Below are positions 27,449 through 37,375 of a stretch of 64,000 bases of DNA, in pieces. Source of the DNA: Treponemataceae bacterium (GTDB lineage Bacteria > Spirochaetota > Spirochaetia > Treponematales > Rectinemataceae); assembly GCA_963678065.2 (NCBI GenBank), contig CAXXVZ010000003.1:128001-192000 (forward strand), read 5' to 3'. Each line of letters starts with the position of its first letter. Position 1 is the first letter of the stretch. The position numbers and the translations under genes were made by a program. The notes under the pieces were generated by a model. It had not been told where the DNA came from. It searched no databases and saw only the letters and a list, made by a program, of their open reading frames with translations.

Positions 27449-30400
27449 GATTCACCTCCGCTGAGAGAGCGGCCTGCGGCGCCGGTTTGCGGCATTCCTC
27501 GCGGACATCGCAGCGCAGGCAGCGCTCGGCCTCTGTCAGCGCCTGCTCTCCCGTGTAGCCCGTCGATATTTCGACGAAGTTGTTGCGCCTCATGTCGGGC
27601 GACACGTGCCTCGCCCTCGTCATCTTGACGTGGGTTCCGACAGGCGGAATCTCCATGGCGTAGGAGAATTTCCTGAAAAGCTTGTCGAAACGTTTCTCGC
27701 CGGAAAGGAAGAGGTCGATGGCCTGCGCCGCAACCCGCGCGTGTCCCATGGCTTCGGCCGCCGTCGAGGGGCCGGAAACCGCGTCGCCCACGGCGTAGAC
27801 CTTTTCGGCGGCCGTCTTCATTGTAAAGGGATCGGCCACGATGCGACCGTCCTTTTCGGTCTTTATGCCGAGCTCCGCCACCCCCATGGGATCGACCTTC
27901 TCGCCGACCGCGACTATGAGGGTGTCGCAGGGAATTTCGAAACTCTCATCGGTCGGAACCGGGGTCGGTCTTCCCGAGGAATCCACCGGGCCCGCCTTCA
28001 TCCGCATAACCTTGAGGGCCCTGACCTGACCCGCTTCCCGCCCTTCTCCCGACTCCGAGGCCAGGATTTCCAGGGGCTGAGCCATGCAGAGGATCTCGAT
28101 TCCCTCCTCGAGGGCGCCCATGAGCTCTTCGGGGTTGGCCGGCATGTCGGCTCTGGCCCGCCTATACACGATAGTCACGTGTGTCCCGAGCCTGAGCGCC
28201 GATCGCGCCGCGTCGATGGCCGAGTTTCCGCCGCCCACGACGACGACTTCGGTGCCGAGCTTCGGCTTTTTTCCGTTGTTGAGGTCGAAGAGGAGCTCGC
28301 CGCCCCTCATGACGCCCGGAAGTTTTTCGCCGGGAATGCCGAGGCCGGTTTCTTTCGTCGCCCCGAAGGCGAGGAGGACGACATCGGAGCCTTCCGTGAT
28401 CCTGTTCCAGGGAAGGTCGACCCCGACCTTCGTGTTGTAGACGAAGCGCACGCCGAGTTTCTGTATGAAGCTGACTTCTTTCTTGAGGACATCCTTGGGC
28501 AGCCGGTAGGCCGGAATTCCCCAGCGCGTGACTCCTCCCGCCGAACCCGTCGCGTCGTAGACGGTCACGTCGTGTCCGAGACGGACGAGCCAGAAGGCGG
28601 CGGCGAGTCCCGCGGGGCCCGCGCCGACGATGGAGACGCGCTTGCCCGTCGGCGGCAGCTTCTCCTTGAGGAGCCTGTTGTATATGCTCCGCTCCCGGCC
28701 CATCTTGTACATGGTGTCGGCGAGATAGCGGTGGATTTCGCCCTGCGAGACCGGTTCGTCCAGGAGATCGCGTCGGCAGCGCATCCTGCAGTGGAAGTGG
28801 CAGATGCGGCCGAGGGTTCCGGGCAGAGGATTCTCTCGCAGGGTGAGCTCGAAGGCTTCCTCGATGCGGTTTTCCTTGAGGAGCTGGAGATAGCCCGGGA
28901 TATTCATGTGCAGTGGACAGGAGTTCTCGCACATGGCGAGGAAGAGGTTTTCGCAGACTCCGGCTTCGCAGCGTTTTTCTTTGATGTGGCGGATGTACTC
29001 CTCGCGGAAATATCTCAGTGTCGTGAGCACGGGGTTGGCCGCAGTCTGGCCGAGTCCGCAGAGGGAGGAGTCCTTGACGGAGAGGGCGAGCTGCTCAAGT
29101 GTGTCGAGGTCCTCCTCGCGGGCTTCTCCGCGGGAGACCGACTCGAGTATGCGCAGCATCTGGTTGAGCCCCTCGCGGCAGGGTGTGCACTTTCCGCAGG
29201 ACTCGCCCGCGGTGAATCCGACGAAGTAGCGCGCCACGTCGACCATGCAGTTGTCCTGGTCCATGACGACGAGGCCGCCCGAGCCCATGATGACGCCGAG
29301 TTCGGCCAGTCTCTCGTAGTCGATCGGTGTCTTGAACAGGCGTGCAGGCACGCACCCGCCCGAAGGACCGCCCGACTGCACTGCCTTGATTTTCTTCTTG
29401 GGGCCCATGCCCTCGCACATGCCGTAGACGACGGATTCGAGGGTGGAGCCGAGGGGCAGCTCGACGAGGCCCGTGTTGCGGACTTTGCCCACGAGGGAGA
29501 AGACCTTGGTCCCCGTGCTGGCGGCCGTGCCGAAGCCCGCGAACCATGCCCCGCCCCGTGCTACGATGACGGGGACATTGCACCAGGTCTCGACATTGTT
29601 GATCGTGGTCGGCTTTCCGTAGATGCCTTTCTGGGCGGGGAAGGGCGGGCGGGGAAGGGGGCGGCCCGCCTTGCCCTCCGCAGAGGCGATGAGTGCCGTC
29701 TCTTCGCCGCAGACGAAGGCTCCTGCGCCGCAGACTATCTCCATGTCGAAGCTGAACTTTGTTCCCAGGATGTTCTTGCCGAGGAGTCCCGCGGCCTTGG
29801 CGGCCTTGATGGCCTTTTCGAGCCTTTCGACGGCGAGGGGGTATTCCGCGCGGACGTAGACGATGCCTTTCGACGCTCCCATGGCGTAGGCGCCGATTAT
29901 CATGCCCTCAATCAGCATGTGGGGGTCTGACTCGATCTCGTTGCGGTTCATGTAGGCGCCGGGGTCTCCCTCGTCGGCGTTGCAGATGATGTACTTGCCT
30001 GAGGAATCGTTCTGGCCGCCGGATGCCTTGCCGTTGCCCGCTGCGCCGTTAGCGGCGGCGCCGTTGCCGGCGTTGCGCATGATCTCCCATTTTTTCCAGG
30101 TCGGGAAGCCCGCGCCGCCCCGACCGCGCAGCCCCGAGGTTCTGACCTCGGCTATGACGGATTCGGGACTCATCGAGGTGAGAGCCTTCACGAGGCCGGA
30201 GTACCCGCCTATCGCGAGATACTCTTCGATGCTCTCCGGGTCGATGAGACCGCAGTCCCTCATCACTATTTTTTCCTGGCCATGGAAGAAGGGAATTTCC
30301 TTCCAGGTGGGCAGGAATGGATATGCCGGTCCGTACTCGATCGAGGAAGTCCGGAAATCCCACTGGGGAATCTGGGCTTCGGCGTTGTGCGCCGCCTTGT

Positions 30401-30725
30401 CGAAAGCCTCGTCGGAGGCCAGCGCTTTGACGATCCGCGCGGCGGAGGCGGGTTTCACATCGGTGAAGAGGATGAGGGGCTTTCCGGGCCTGGATGCCAT
30501 GACGAGGGGTTCAGCCGCGCAGAATCCGAAGCAGCCGACTCTCCTCACCCTGGCCGTCATGCCGGACAGGGTGATCTGTTCCTGTAGGGCTTCGAATACT
30601 TTGTCCGCGTCATTGCCTATCCCGCAGGTCCCCATCCCGACAGTGATGAAGGGGATCTCGGGTTTGATGGACGAAAGGCCGGCCAGTTTCATGGAGCCGA
30701 GATCTACGGCGGATATGGAAGTCAT
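27441..30725 (-). CDS. hydB: HydB/NuoF-like flavoprotein fused to a GltD/NfnB-like FAD/NAD(P)H oxidoreductase (1094 aa)
   Basis: NuoF part: GLRGRGGAGFP, CNADEGDPGAYM, GAGAFVCGEETAL, GGPSGG, ESCGKCTPCREG. GltD part: CENSCP..NIPGY, GRICHFHCRMRC, GAGPAGL, GGGNSAIDAAR, VYRR, EAERCLRC. Confidence 0.92.
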   Translation of the reverse strand: MTSISAVDLGSMKLAGLSSIKPEIPFITVGMGTCGIGNDADKVFEALQEQITLSGMTARVRRVGCFGFCAAEPLVMASRPGKPLILFTDVKPASAARIVKALASDEAFDKAAHNAEAQIPQWDFRTSSIEYGPAYPFLPTWKEIPFFHGQEKIVMRDCGLIDPESIEEYLAIGGYSGLVKALTSMSPESVIAEVRTSGLRGRGGAGFPTWKKWEIMRNAGNGAAANGAAGNGKASGGQNDSSGKYIICNADEGDPGAYMNRNEIESDPHMLIEGMIIGAYAMGASKGIVYVRAEYPLAVERLEKAIKAAKAAGLLGKNILGTKFSFDMEIVCGAGAFVCGEETALIASAEGKAGRPLPRPPFPAQKGIYGKPTTINNVETWCNVPVIVARGGAWFAGFGTAASTGTKVFSLVGKVRNTGLVELPLGSTLESVVYGMCEGMGPKKKIKAVQSGGPSGGCVPARLFKTPIDYERLAELGVIMGSGGLVVMDQDNCMVDVARYFVGFTAGESCGKCTPCREGLNQMLRILESVSRGEAREEDLDTLEQLALSVKDSSLCGLGQTAANPVLTTLRYFREEYIRHIKEKRCEAGVCENLFLAMCENSCPLHMNIPGYLQLLKENRIEEAFELTLRENPLPGTLGRICHFHCRMRCRRDLLDEPVSQGEIHRYLADTMYKMGRERSIYNRLLKEKLPPTGKRVSIVGAGPAGLAAAFWLVRLGHDVTVYDATGSAGGVTRWGIPAYRLPKDVLKKEVSFIQKLGVRFVYNTKVGVDLPWNRITEGSDVVLLAFGATKETGLGIPGEKLPGVMRGGELLFDLNNGKKPKLGTEVVVVGGGNSAIDAARSALRLGTHVTIVYRRARADMPANPEELMGALEEGIEILCMAQPLEILASESGEGREAGQVRALKVMRMKAGPVDSSGRPTPVPTDESFEIPCDTLIVAVGEKVDPMGVAELGIKTEKDGRIVADPFTMKTAAEKVYAVGDAVSGPSTAAEAMGHARVAAQAIDLFLSGEKRFDKLFRKFSYAMEIPPVGTHVKMTRARHVSPDMRRNNFVEISTGYTGEQALTEAERCLRCDVREECRKPAPQAALSAEVNHG

Positions 30726-31240
30726 GACTTGCCTCCCTTGCGCATCCTGTCGAGGATCGAGACGAGCTTGCCCACGGTCATTCTGGACAGCACGACTCCG
30801 TCGATCTGGATGACGGGAGCCAGTGCACACTGGCCGAAGCAGGCGACAGTCCGGATCGAAGCGAAGAAGTCCGGCGTCGTGACGGAGTTTTCCTCATCCT
30901 CGCGGAATTCGGCTATGCCCATCCGAGAGAGTGCCTCGTTGAGAAGGGCGAGCGAGCCGCGCGTGTGGCAGGCGGTTCCTCGGCAGACGGAGATCGTGTG
31001 CTTTCCCTGGGGTTTCAGGTTGAAGAATGAATAGAAGGTGGCTACTGAATAGACCTGCGAGAGCGGGGTCGCCGTGCCTTCGGCGATTTTCCGCAAAGTC
31101 TCCTCGGGGAGGTGCTTCTGCGGATCCAGATTCTGGGCCTCTTCGAGAATGCCCAGAAGGTCTCCCGGTTTTCCGAGACGTTTTTTGATTACCTTGTCGA
31201 TGTCCGTGCTGCGGGCACGTTCCTGCGCTGTGTTTGCCAT
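30722..31240 (-). CDS. hydC: HydC/NuoE-like [2Fe-2S] subunit
   Basis: VATFYSFF, VCRGTACH, VACFGQCALAP; GAGGAGG RBS. Confidence 0.93.
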   Translation of the reverse strand: MANTAQERARSTDIDKVIKKRLGKPGDLLGILEEAQNLDPQKHLPEETLRKIAEGTATPLSQVYSVATFYSFFNLKPQGKHTISVCRGTACHTRGSLALLNEALSRMGIAEFREDEENSVTTPDFFASIRTVACFGQCALAPVIQIDGVVLSRMTVGKLVSILDRMRKGGKS

Positions 31241-31473
31241 GGTTCCTCCTCGACGATCGAACCGGTGCAAAAAACCAGATGTACACCAGTGGTTCCAGAG
31301 ACAAGTATTAGTATGAACGCGATTTGAAATAAGTCAAGAATAAAATATCGATTAAAATGTATCTTTTTTGTAAATCAAGAAACTTGTGTTGGCATGGTAT
31401 TTATATAGATAAAAAAATACTCATGAAAATGCTCTTGCGAATATGTAGAAACTCAACAATACTGAATTTTGCC

Positions 31474-32445
31474 ATGGAAGGATCTGCCCCGAAATCCGTC
31501 CGGGACTCCGCATGCCCCAGGATTGCCCGCGAAAAGCTCAAATATACTTCGCCAGAGATAGACAGGATGGCCAAGCGGGTGAGGAAGATATTCGACTCGC
31601 TCGACAGGCGGAGTTTTCTCGGCAACCAGGATAGGGTGGACTTCCTGTATTTCGATAAGTTTTTCTCTGAATGTTTTCGCAAAATGGACGAGAAAATCCG
31701 GGATGGCAGGCTCGTGCCCCAGGATATGCGCGGATTTCCCCACATCTCCCGGTTTCCCGGCCACAAACCCAGAGTTGGCATTTTCATCGGCTCCTTCGAC
31801 CCTTTCCAGATGACCCATCTCGCGATGGCCCTCCGTTTTCTCGCCTCCGACAAGAGCGAGGCCGACATCGTCTACGTCGTCCCCGAGGGCAACTTCGATC
31901 CGCGCAAGCCGAGGAGGACGGATTACCGCTTCCGCTACGATCTCCTCGATGCGCAGCTCCACGGCGTCTTCGAGCCTTTTGTCCTTCCTTTCGACATAGG
32001 GGAGGGGGCGGACACCATCGGCATCGTGAATAAACTCATAGAGTGGCACGCGGGCTCCGAACTGCGCCTGACGCACATCGTAGGCTCGGATGTCCTTCCG
32101 CTCGTGGTAAAGTATATTGGGATCGACCTCGACTCGTGGCGGCAGAGCTGCGCCCGCTGCGGCGTCTGCATGGATTTTTCGGGCTTCGTCGTCCGGCGCA
32201 ACCTGGGCGGATCCAGCGCGGATCTCCTGGGCGCGGTCAGGAAAGCCGGGGTCAGGATGACCCTCGACAGGCGGAGGATAGGCACACCCTCGAGCACAGA
32301 CTTCCGCTCGGACCGGGCCATAACCATCGTGTTCCCCTCGGAGGCCATGCTGGCGCGGCTCGAGATCCTCTTCCGCTACTCCATGCACACTCCCTGGCGG
32401 GTCAAGGGCGATCCCAACGATCCTGTCTTCCGCTGGGAAATCTGA
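31474..32445 (+). CDS. Divergent NadD/cytidylyltransferase-like nucleotidyltransferase-fold protein
   Basis: VGIFIGSFDPFQMTH (degenerate HxGH), HIVGSD, TPSSTDFR (SST motif). Start uncertain (31474 or 31567). Confidence 0.65.
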   Translation: MEGSAPKSVRDSACPRIAREKLKYTSPEIDRMAKRVRKIFDSLDRRSFLGNQDRVDFLYFDKFFSECFRKMDEKIRDGRLVPQDMRGFPHISRFPGHKPRVGIFIGSFDPFQMTHLAMALRFLASDKSEADIVYVVPEGNFDPRKPRRTDYRFRYDLLDAQLHGVFEPFVLPFDIGEGADTIGIVNKLIEWHAGSELRLTHIVGSDVLPLVVKYIGIDLDSWRQSCARCGVCMDFSGFVVRRNLGGSSADLLGAVRKAGVRMTLDRRRIGTPSSTDFRSDRAITIVFPSEAMLARLEILFRYSMHTPWRVKGDPNDPVFRWEI

Positions 32446-32544
32446 AGGAAAGGTAGTGCGGTGCCTCATAAATAAAACACGACAAGAAGGGTAGTATACC
32501 TGTCGACCCGCTGTAGGGTATTCTTCGGCAAGGAGTACCGTGAC

Positions 32545-33174
32545 ATGAACCTGATTTTTCTCGGCCCCCCCGGCGCCGGAAAGGGCACCATAGCAGCGCT
32601 CGCCATCAAGACACTTGGCCTTCCCCACATTTCGACGGGCGACCTTTTCCGCGCCGCCGTCAAGAACGAAACCCCGCTCGGCCTCAAGGTGAAGGACATC
32701 CTGGCTTCGGGTGGCCTTGTTCCCGATAGAATAACCATCGATCTCGTCGCGGAGCGCCTCTGTGCTCCCGACGCCGCAAAAGGCTGGATACTCGACGGCT
32801 TTCCCCGGACTATTCCCCAGGCCGAAGCTCTCGCGGCCATAGCGGTGATCGACAGGGTCGTCAATTTCGACGTCGCGGACGAGGTTGTCATCAGGCGGCT
32901 CGCGGGAAGGCGCGTCTGTCGCGCCTGCGGCAAGATCTACCATGTTACGAGCATGCCCCCCACCCGCGAAGGCCTCTGCGATCTCTGCTCCGGCGAAGTC
33001 TACACGCGCCCGGACGACGCGGAGGAAGCCATCCGCGTGCGGCTCGAAAACTACCGCAGGCAGACTGCACCCCTCATCGAGTGGTATGGATCCCGCGGCT
33101 GCCTCCTGACCATCGACGGCGTCGGCTCGCCCGAAGTCGTTCTCGGCCGATTCACCGAGGCGATGTCGATCTGA
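32545..33174 (+). CDS. adk: Adenylate kinase (Zn-lid type)
   Basis: GPPGAGKGT, HISTGDLFR, LDGFPRT, CRAC...CDLC lid. Confidence 0.97.
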   Translation: MNLIFLGPPGAGKGTIAALAIKTLGLPHISTGDLFRAAVKNETPLGLKVKDILASGGLVPDRITIDLVAERLCAPDAAKGWILDGFPRTIPQAEALAAIAVIDRVVNFDVADEVVIRRLAGRRVCRACGKIYHVTSMPPTREGLCDLCSGEVYTRPDDAEEAIRVRLENYRRQTAPLIEWYGSRGCLLTIDGVGSPEVVLGRFTEAMSI

Positions 33175-33178
33175 GCCG

Positions 33179-34651
33179 ATGATCATGCTTCGGCGGTTCA
33201 TTGTCCTGGCTCTGATCGTGCTCGGAGTGGGGACGGCATTTGCCCGCGATCCGGACCGGCCGGCCCACGCGGAGGCAGCCGCGCAGACAAGGCCGGGTGC
33301 CGGAAGCGGGATACGACCCGGGCTCTGGGAAGGAAGCGTGGAGCTCCGACCCAAGGCCTCCGCAGCGGCGCCTCAGGATGCCTCGGGCAAGGTTGCGTCC
33401 CCAGCGCCCGGCGGCGCCGATGCCCGGATACAAAAGGTTTCGAGTCCGCTCTCCCTGCGCCTCCTCGAGCCTGCCTCGGGCGGGCTCCTCGATATGCCCG
33501 AACAGTCCATGTTCGGCTTTCCGCTTTCCAATCTTTCCTGGCGACAGGATAGGATTTCTTTCAGGCTTGAGACCGGCTCCGATGTGTCGGCGATCGCATT
33601 CAACGGATTCCTGGCCAAGACCGCCCAGGGGGCTGCGCCGAAAATTGTCGGGAGTCTCCGCGGAGAAGAGCTTTCGGGCTCCTTCGCGATCAGCCTCGTC
33701 CCCGATCGCCTTCTGCCCGGGGAGACCCGCCTCTCTGTTGACACGGGCATGGGGCTGATTCCCGGCTCCCTCATCATCCCCGAGAGCGCGGGTTCGCCCA
33801 TGCCCCTCGTCCTCATGATATCCGCCTCGGGAACGACGGACAGGGACGGGAACAATTTCAATGTGCCGGGAAAGAATGACGCTTTCAGGCTTCTCGCCTC
33901 TGCCCTCGCACAGGAAGGCATCGCGAGTTACCGCTACGACAAGAGGGGGGCGGGAGAGGCGTACAAGCTCGTGTACGATGAGTCCTTCCTGCGGTTCTAC
34001 CAGTACGTGAACGACGCGGCGGAAGTCATCGCGCGCTTCAGGGGCGACGAGCGGTTTTCCCGCATCGTCCTCCTCTGCCATGCGGAGGGAGCCCTCGTCG
34101 GGGCAGCGGCGCTCAACCGGCTCGGTCTTTCCGGCACCTTCGTGGACGCCATGATGATGCTCTGCGCCTCGGACAAGAGCCCCTCGCGGGGCGTGGAGGA
34201 CTCGCTCGCCGACACTCCTGCCGAACTCGAAAAAGAGGCGAAAGCCATCATGCAGGCTCTGAAGGCTGGGAAAGAGTATCCTTCGCCTTCGCCCTACTTT
34301 TCGGATTTTTTCAGGCCTTCATTTCAGGCTTACCTCTCGTCCTGGTTCCAGTACGACCCTTTCGTCGAAATCCCCTCGGTGATGGTGCCTTTGGCCTTCG
34401 TTCATGGCGGCAGGGATCTCCAGGTTTCCCAGGAGGAGCTGGACGGACTCCTCGCCCTCCGGCCGAGCGCCTCCGCATACATCCTCCCCGGCATGAACCA
34501 CGCGCTCAAAGAAGTTCCTGAGGACAGGGACAGGAATTTCGATGCTTTTACCGACCCTTCCTTTCCTCTCGGAAAGGGGCTGGTCGAGCTCGTCGCGGCG
34601 TTCGCCAAGGTGAAACCGATCCCGCCCTCGATACAGCGATACCGACGCTGA
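33179..34651 (+). CDS. Secreted alpha/beta-hydrolase-fold protein, probably catalytically inactive
   Basis: Signal peptide; ASGTTDRDGN, RYDKRG, CHAEG in place of GHSEG, GGRDLQV, GMNHALK. Confidence 0.8.
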   Translation: MIMLRRFIVLALIVLGVGTAFARDPDRPAHAEAAAQTRPGAGSGIRPGLWEGSVELRPKASAAAPQDASGKVASPAPGGADARIQKVSSPLSLRLLEPASGGLLDMPEQSMFGFPLSNLSWRQDRISFRLETGSDVSAIAFNGFLAKTAQGAAPKIVGSLRGEELSGSFAISLVPDRLLPGETRLSVDTGMGLIPGSLIIPESAGSPMPLVLMISASGTTDRDGNNFNVPGKNDAFRLLASALAQEGIASYRYDKRGAGEAYKLVYDESFLRFYQYVNDAAEVIARFRGDERFSRIVLLCHAEGALVGAAALNRLGLSGTFVDAMMMLCASDKSPSRGVEDSLADTPAELEKEAKAIMQALKAGKEYPSPSPYFSDFFRPSFQAYLSSWFQYDPFVEIPSVMVPLAFVHGGRDLQVSQEELDGLLALRPSASAYILPGMNHALKEVPEDRDRNFDAFTDPSFPLGKGLVELVAAFAKVKPIPPSIQRYRR

Positions 34652-35662
34652 TCACATGCCCTGCGCCTGTGCCGATGTCGTCATCCTGAACAGTGAGGAG
34701 TAGGTCGAGGCAGGGATCTCGAGGCCGCGGGAGACGTAGCTGTCGCCTTCGAGCACAAAGCGGGCCTCGGCTTCCTTTGCGGTCGCATTTTCGTCGCCGA
34801 TGAAGGCTTTCGAGAGGGCGAACCACGCGAACTTGAGCGAGGGTCGGTAGATGCGGGCCGACTCGCTGTCCTTCATGACGAAGGAGATACTCGAGAGATA
34901 GAGCGGGCTGCCTCCGCTGCCGACCGATTCGAGCCTTTTCGCGAGGATGCAGATTCCTATGATCGGAATATCGAAGCCCTCCGATGGCAGGTAGGCCGCG
35001 AAGGCGGTGAAGGGATCGGGTATCCAGATGAAAATATCGCCTCCGTAGGGAAAGACAAAACGAGGGGGAAGGGGCGAGTTCCCCGCCGGGTCGAAGGATT
35101 TGAGCCTCTGCGCGAGGCTGTTCGCCGAACCATGCTCGGCATCCCTTCCCTCGGGGCCGGGATTGCCGATGCTCCGCGCGAGGACGAGCCTGTCCGCAGG
35201 GGATGCGACCTGGATTCCCGAAGGATCGTTCACGAAGGATTGCCCGTCCTTCCTCCATTCCGGATTGACGGAGAGGGCGAGGTCGACAGAGTTCCTGGAG
35301 TAATCGCCGACGATAGCGAGATCGTAGTTCATACCCGATGGGCCGGCCGGTGTTGTCCCTATTGCGGCCGTGCTCGTCCTGTCGACGAGGGCGGCGAAGG
35401 ACGCGGTGCGGTCGCCGGGAAGGATCGAGGGCGCGAGATCTTTCAGGGCCGGCTTGGTGAAACGGGCGTATAGAGCCGCTCCCCGGGGCAAATAGAGGAC
35501 CGGATCGGGCTCGGCAGGCATGCGGGGTCGCATCGTGCTGCAGCCCGCTATCACCGAGAGGAGGGCGCAGAGGGCGATGGCGGGAACCGCCCTTGAGCTG
35601 ATATGGGCGGCTTTCTGCCTTCGCCAGGCAGTGACAGTCGGCAGAACCAATGCGCGATTCAT
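34652..35662 (-). CDS. Hypothetical lipoprotein
   Basis: Hydrophobic stretch ending VIAGC; ATGA overlap with the upstream gene; true start may lie further in. Confidence 0.7.
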   Translation of the reverse strand: MNRALVLPTVTAWRRQKAAHISSRAVPAIALCALLSVIAGCSTMRPRMPAEPDPVLYLPRGAALYARFTKPALKDLAPSILPGDRTASFAALVDRTSTAAIGTTPAGPSGMNYDLAIVGDYSRNSVDLALSVNPEWRKDGQSFVNDPSGIQVASPADRLVLARSIGNPGPEGRDAEHGSANSLAQRLKSFDPAGNSPLPPRFVFPYGGDIFIWIPDPFTAFAAYLPSEGFDIPIIGICILAKRLESVGSGGSPLYLSSISFVMKDSESARIYRPSLKFAWFALSKAFIGDENATAKEAEARFVLEGDSYVSRGLEIPASTYSSLFRMTTSAQAQGM

Positions 35663-36690
35663 CGCGAACCTCCGGAGTCAAAAAGGGTTTTTGCCGCGGT
35701 GCGGTGCGCATCGGCCGCTTCGCTCCATCTGTGGAGCCGCGAGCCGAAGAAGAGCCCGGCATCCGTATGGTGCAACTTCCCGGCAGTGCCTGAATCGCCG
35801 CGGGATCCACCCTCCTGGCCGAACAGCGTACCGGCCAGGGTCGATTTCAGCCAGGTCAGGCGGTCGTAGCCACCTCCGAAGGGATCTTCGTTTCTCGCCG
35901 GATCTGAGATGCCCGCTTCGGTCATCCAGAGGCCGCGCTCCCGCGGAGGGATTCCAAGGTCGACGATATAGGCGCCGATGCGCGCTTTTTTTGCCTCATG
36001 CGCGCTCTCCCCCGGTCGTTTTCCCGACCAGATCTGCCCCAGAGCGTCCAGGACAAAGTCCTCGTCGACGAAGGGACGGCGTCTCCATGTACAGAGGAAG
36101 CGGTATATCTTGCGCGCCGCGGCCAGAAAGCGCTCACTGTTTACCACGGTCCGCAGGTCGGGTACAAGCCTTCCGTCCTCCCAGGTTCCCCCCGGATCGT
36201 CCGGCGCCCCGAGCACTTGGAGATGACCCGCGGGGGGCAGAAGGGAGGCGGGGTCGACGATGTTCGTGCTCCCTGCGATCCCGGAAAAATGCTGATGGGC
36301 CCAGGTGTCGGCGTAGGCGTGGAGGGCGATGCCAATTCTGAACAGGTCATCCGTACGGAGAGCCGCGATGAGGAGAGTTCTCGCGTTCGGACTGTCCGGC
36401 GTGACGACTCCCTCATCGGCGTCGCCGTTGCGCTCCGATCTCGCCTTCGCGCGATCTCCCGGAACAAAATGGAAGGGCATGTAGACTTCACGCTGTATCT
36501 CCGCGCTCCAGAACCGGTAGTTCTGGGTAGCCTGGACGCGGTAATCCTTCACTTCCGTGTGTATATCGAGGGAGACGAGGATATCGTCGACGAGCTGCGA
36601 TGATCCTGCCACCGTCTCCGCCTCTTGTGCGGAAAGTCCGGCCGCGGTGCACAGGTAGTGGACGGCGTAGTAGTGGAACTCGATGTTCAT
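35659..36690 (-). CDS. DUF6765-like protein (His/Asp-rich, Zn-dependent phospholipase C-like pattern)
   Basis: MNIEFHYY...AG...SQLVDD, PFHFVPG, GIALHAYADTWAHQHFSG, GHLQ...PD. Family recognised from memory. Confidence 0.7.
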   Translation of the reverse strand: MNIEFHYYAVHYLCTAAGLSAQEAETVAGSSQLVDDILVSLDIHTEVKDYRVQATQNYRFWSAEIQREVYMPFHFVPGDRAKARSERNGDADEGVVTPDSPNARTLLIAALRTDDLFRIGIALHAYADTWAHQHFSGIAGSTNIVDPASLLPPAGHLQVLGAPDDPGGTWEDGRLVPDLRTVVNSERFLAAARKIYRFLCTWRRRPFVDEDFVLDALGQIWSGKRPGESAHEAKKARIGAYIVDLGIPPRERGLWMTEAGISDPARNEDPFGGGYDRLTWLKSTLAGTLFGQEGGSRGDSGTAGKLHHTDAGLFFGSRLHRWSEAADAHRTAAKTLFDSGGSR

Positions 36691-36829
36691 CGTCCGGGAA
36701 GTATGCCCTGTCTGGCGGTCGGCAACAAGACATGGTATGGTTTCATCCTGTCGTATCCGGCACCATCCGCATTGTTCGGCCGCGGTGCCGCGCCATGGGA
36801 TGGAGCAAATCAGACAGGGGGAAGGTGTC

Positions 36830-37279
36830 ATGGCAGTGGAACGGACCTTCGCGATGCTGAAGCCGGGAGTTCTTTCCCGCAGGTTGGCGGGAGAGATAAT
36901 CGCGAGAATCGAACGGAAGGGTTTCGCCATCGTGGGCATGAAGCTCATGAGCGTACCCCGTTCCCTCGCCGAGGCCCATTACAGCGAACACCGCGACAAG
37001 GAATTCTTCGGGTCTCTCGTCGACTACATCACGAGCGGCCCCGTCATCGCCATGGCCCTTGAGGGCGACCAGGCTGTCCTCATGCTGCGCAAGCTCTGCG
37101 GCCCGACCCGCGCCGAGGATGCCGCCCCCGGAAGCATCCGGGGCGACTATGCCATGCACACGGGGCTCAACATCATCCACGCCTCCGACTCTCCCGAGGC
37201 CGCCCTGACCGAACTCGCGCGTTTTTTCGGCCCGGAGGAACTTGTCGACTGGCGTGACGGCAACGGCGACTGGATCTGA
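36830..37279 (+). CDS. ndk: Nucleoside diphosphate kinase
   Basis: ERTFAMLKP, AEAHYSEH, PGSIRGDY, NIIHASDS. Confidence 0.96.
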   Translation: MAVERTFAMLKPGVLSRRLAGEIIARIERKGFAIVGMKLMSVPRSLAEAHYSEHRDKEFFGSLVDYITSGPVIAMALEGDQAVLMLRKLCGPTRAEDAAPGSIRGDYAMHTGLNIIHASDSPEAALTELARFFGPEELVDWRDGNGDWI

Positions 37280-37375
37280 ACCTCTGCCAGAAGTCCTCCT
37301 CGCCGCGCTGCCGGTGGCGAGGGCTATTTCAGGGCGAGGGTCGAAGCCGGGAAAAACAGGGTCGAGAGTTCGGCA

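Noticed and set aside
31389..31405. TTGGCATG as a sigma54 promoter
   Set aside because: The -12 position reads AT instead of GC.
31300..31470. Rex operator upstream of the hydrogenase operon
   Set aside because: AT-rich, but no convincing TTGTGAA-N4-TTCACAA palindrome.
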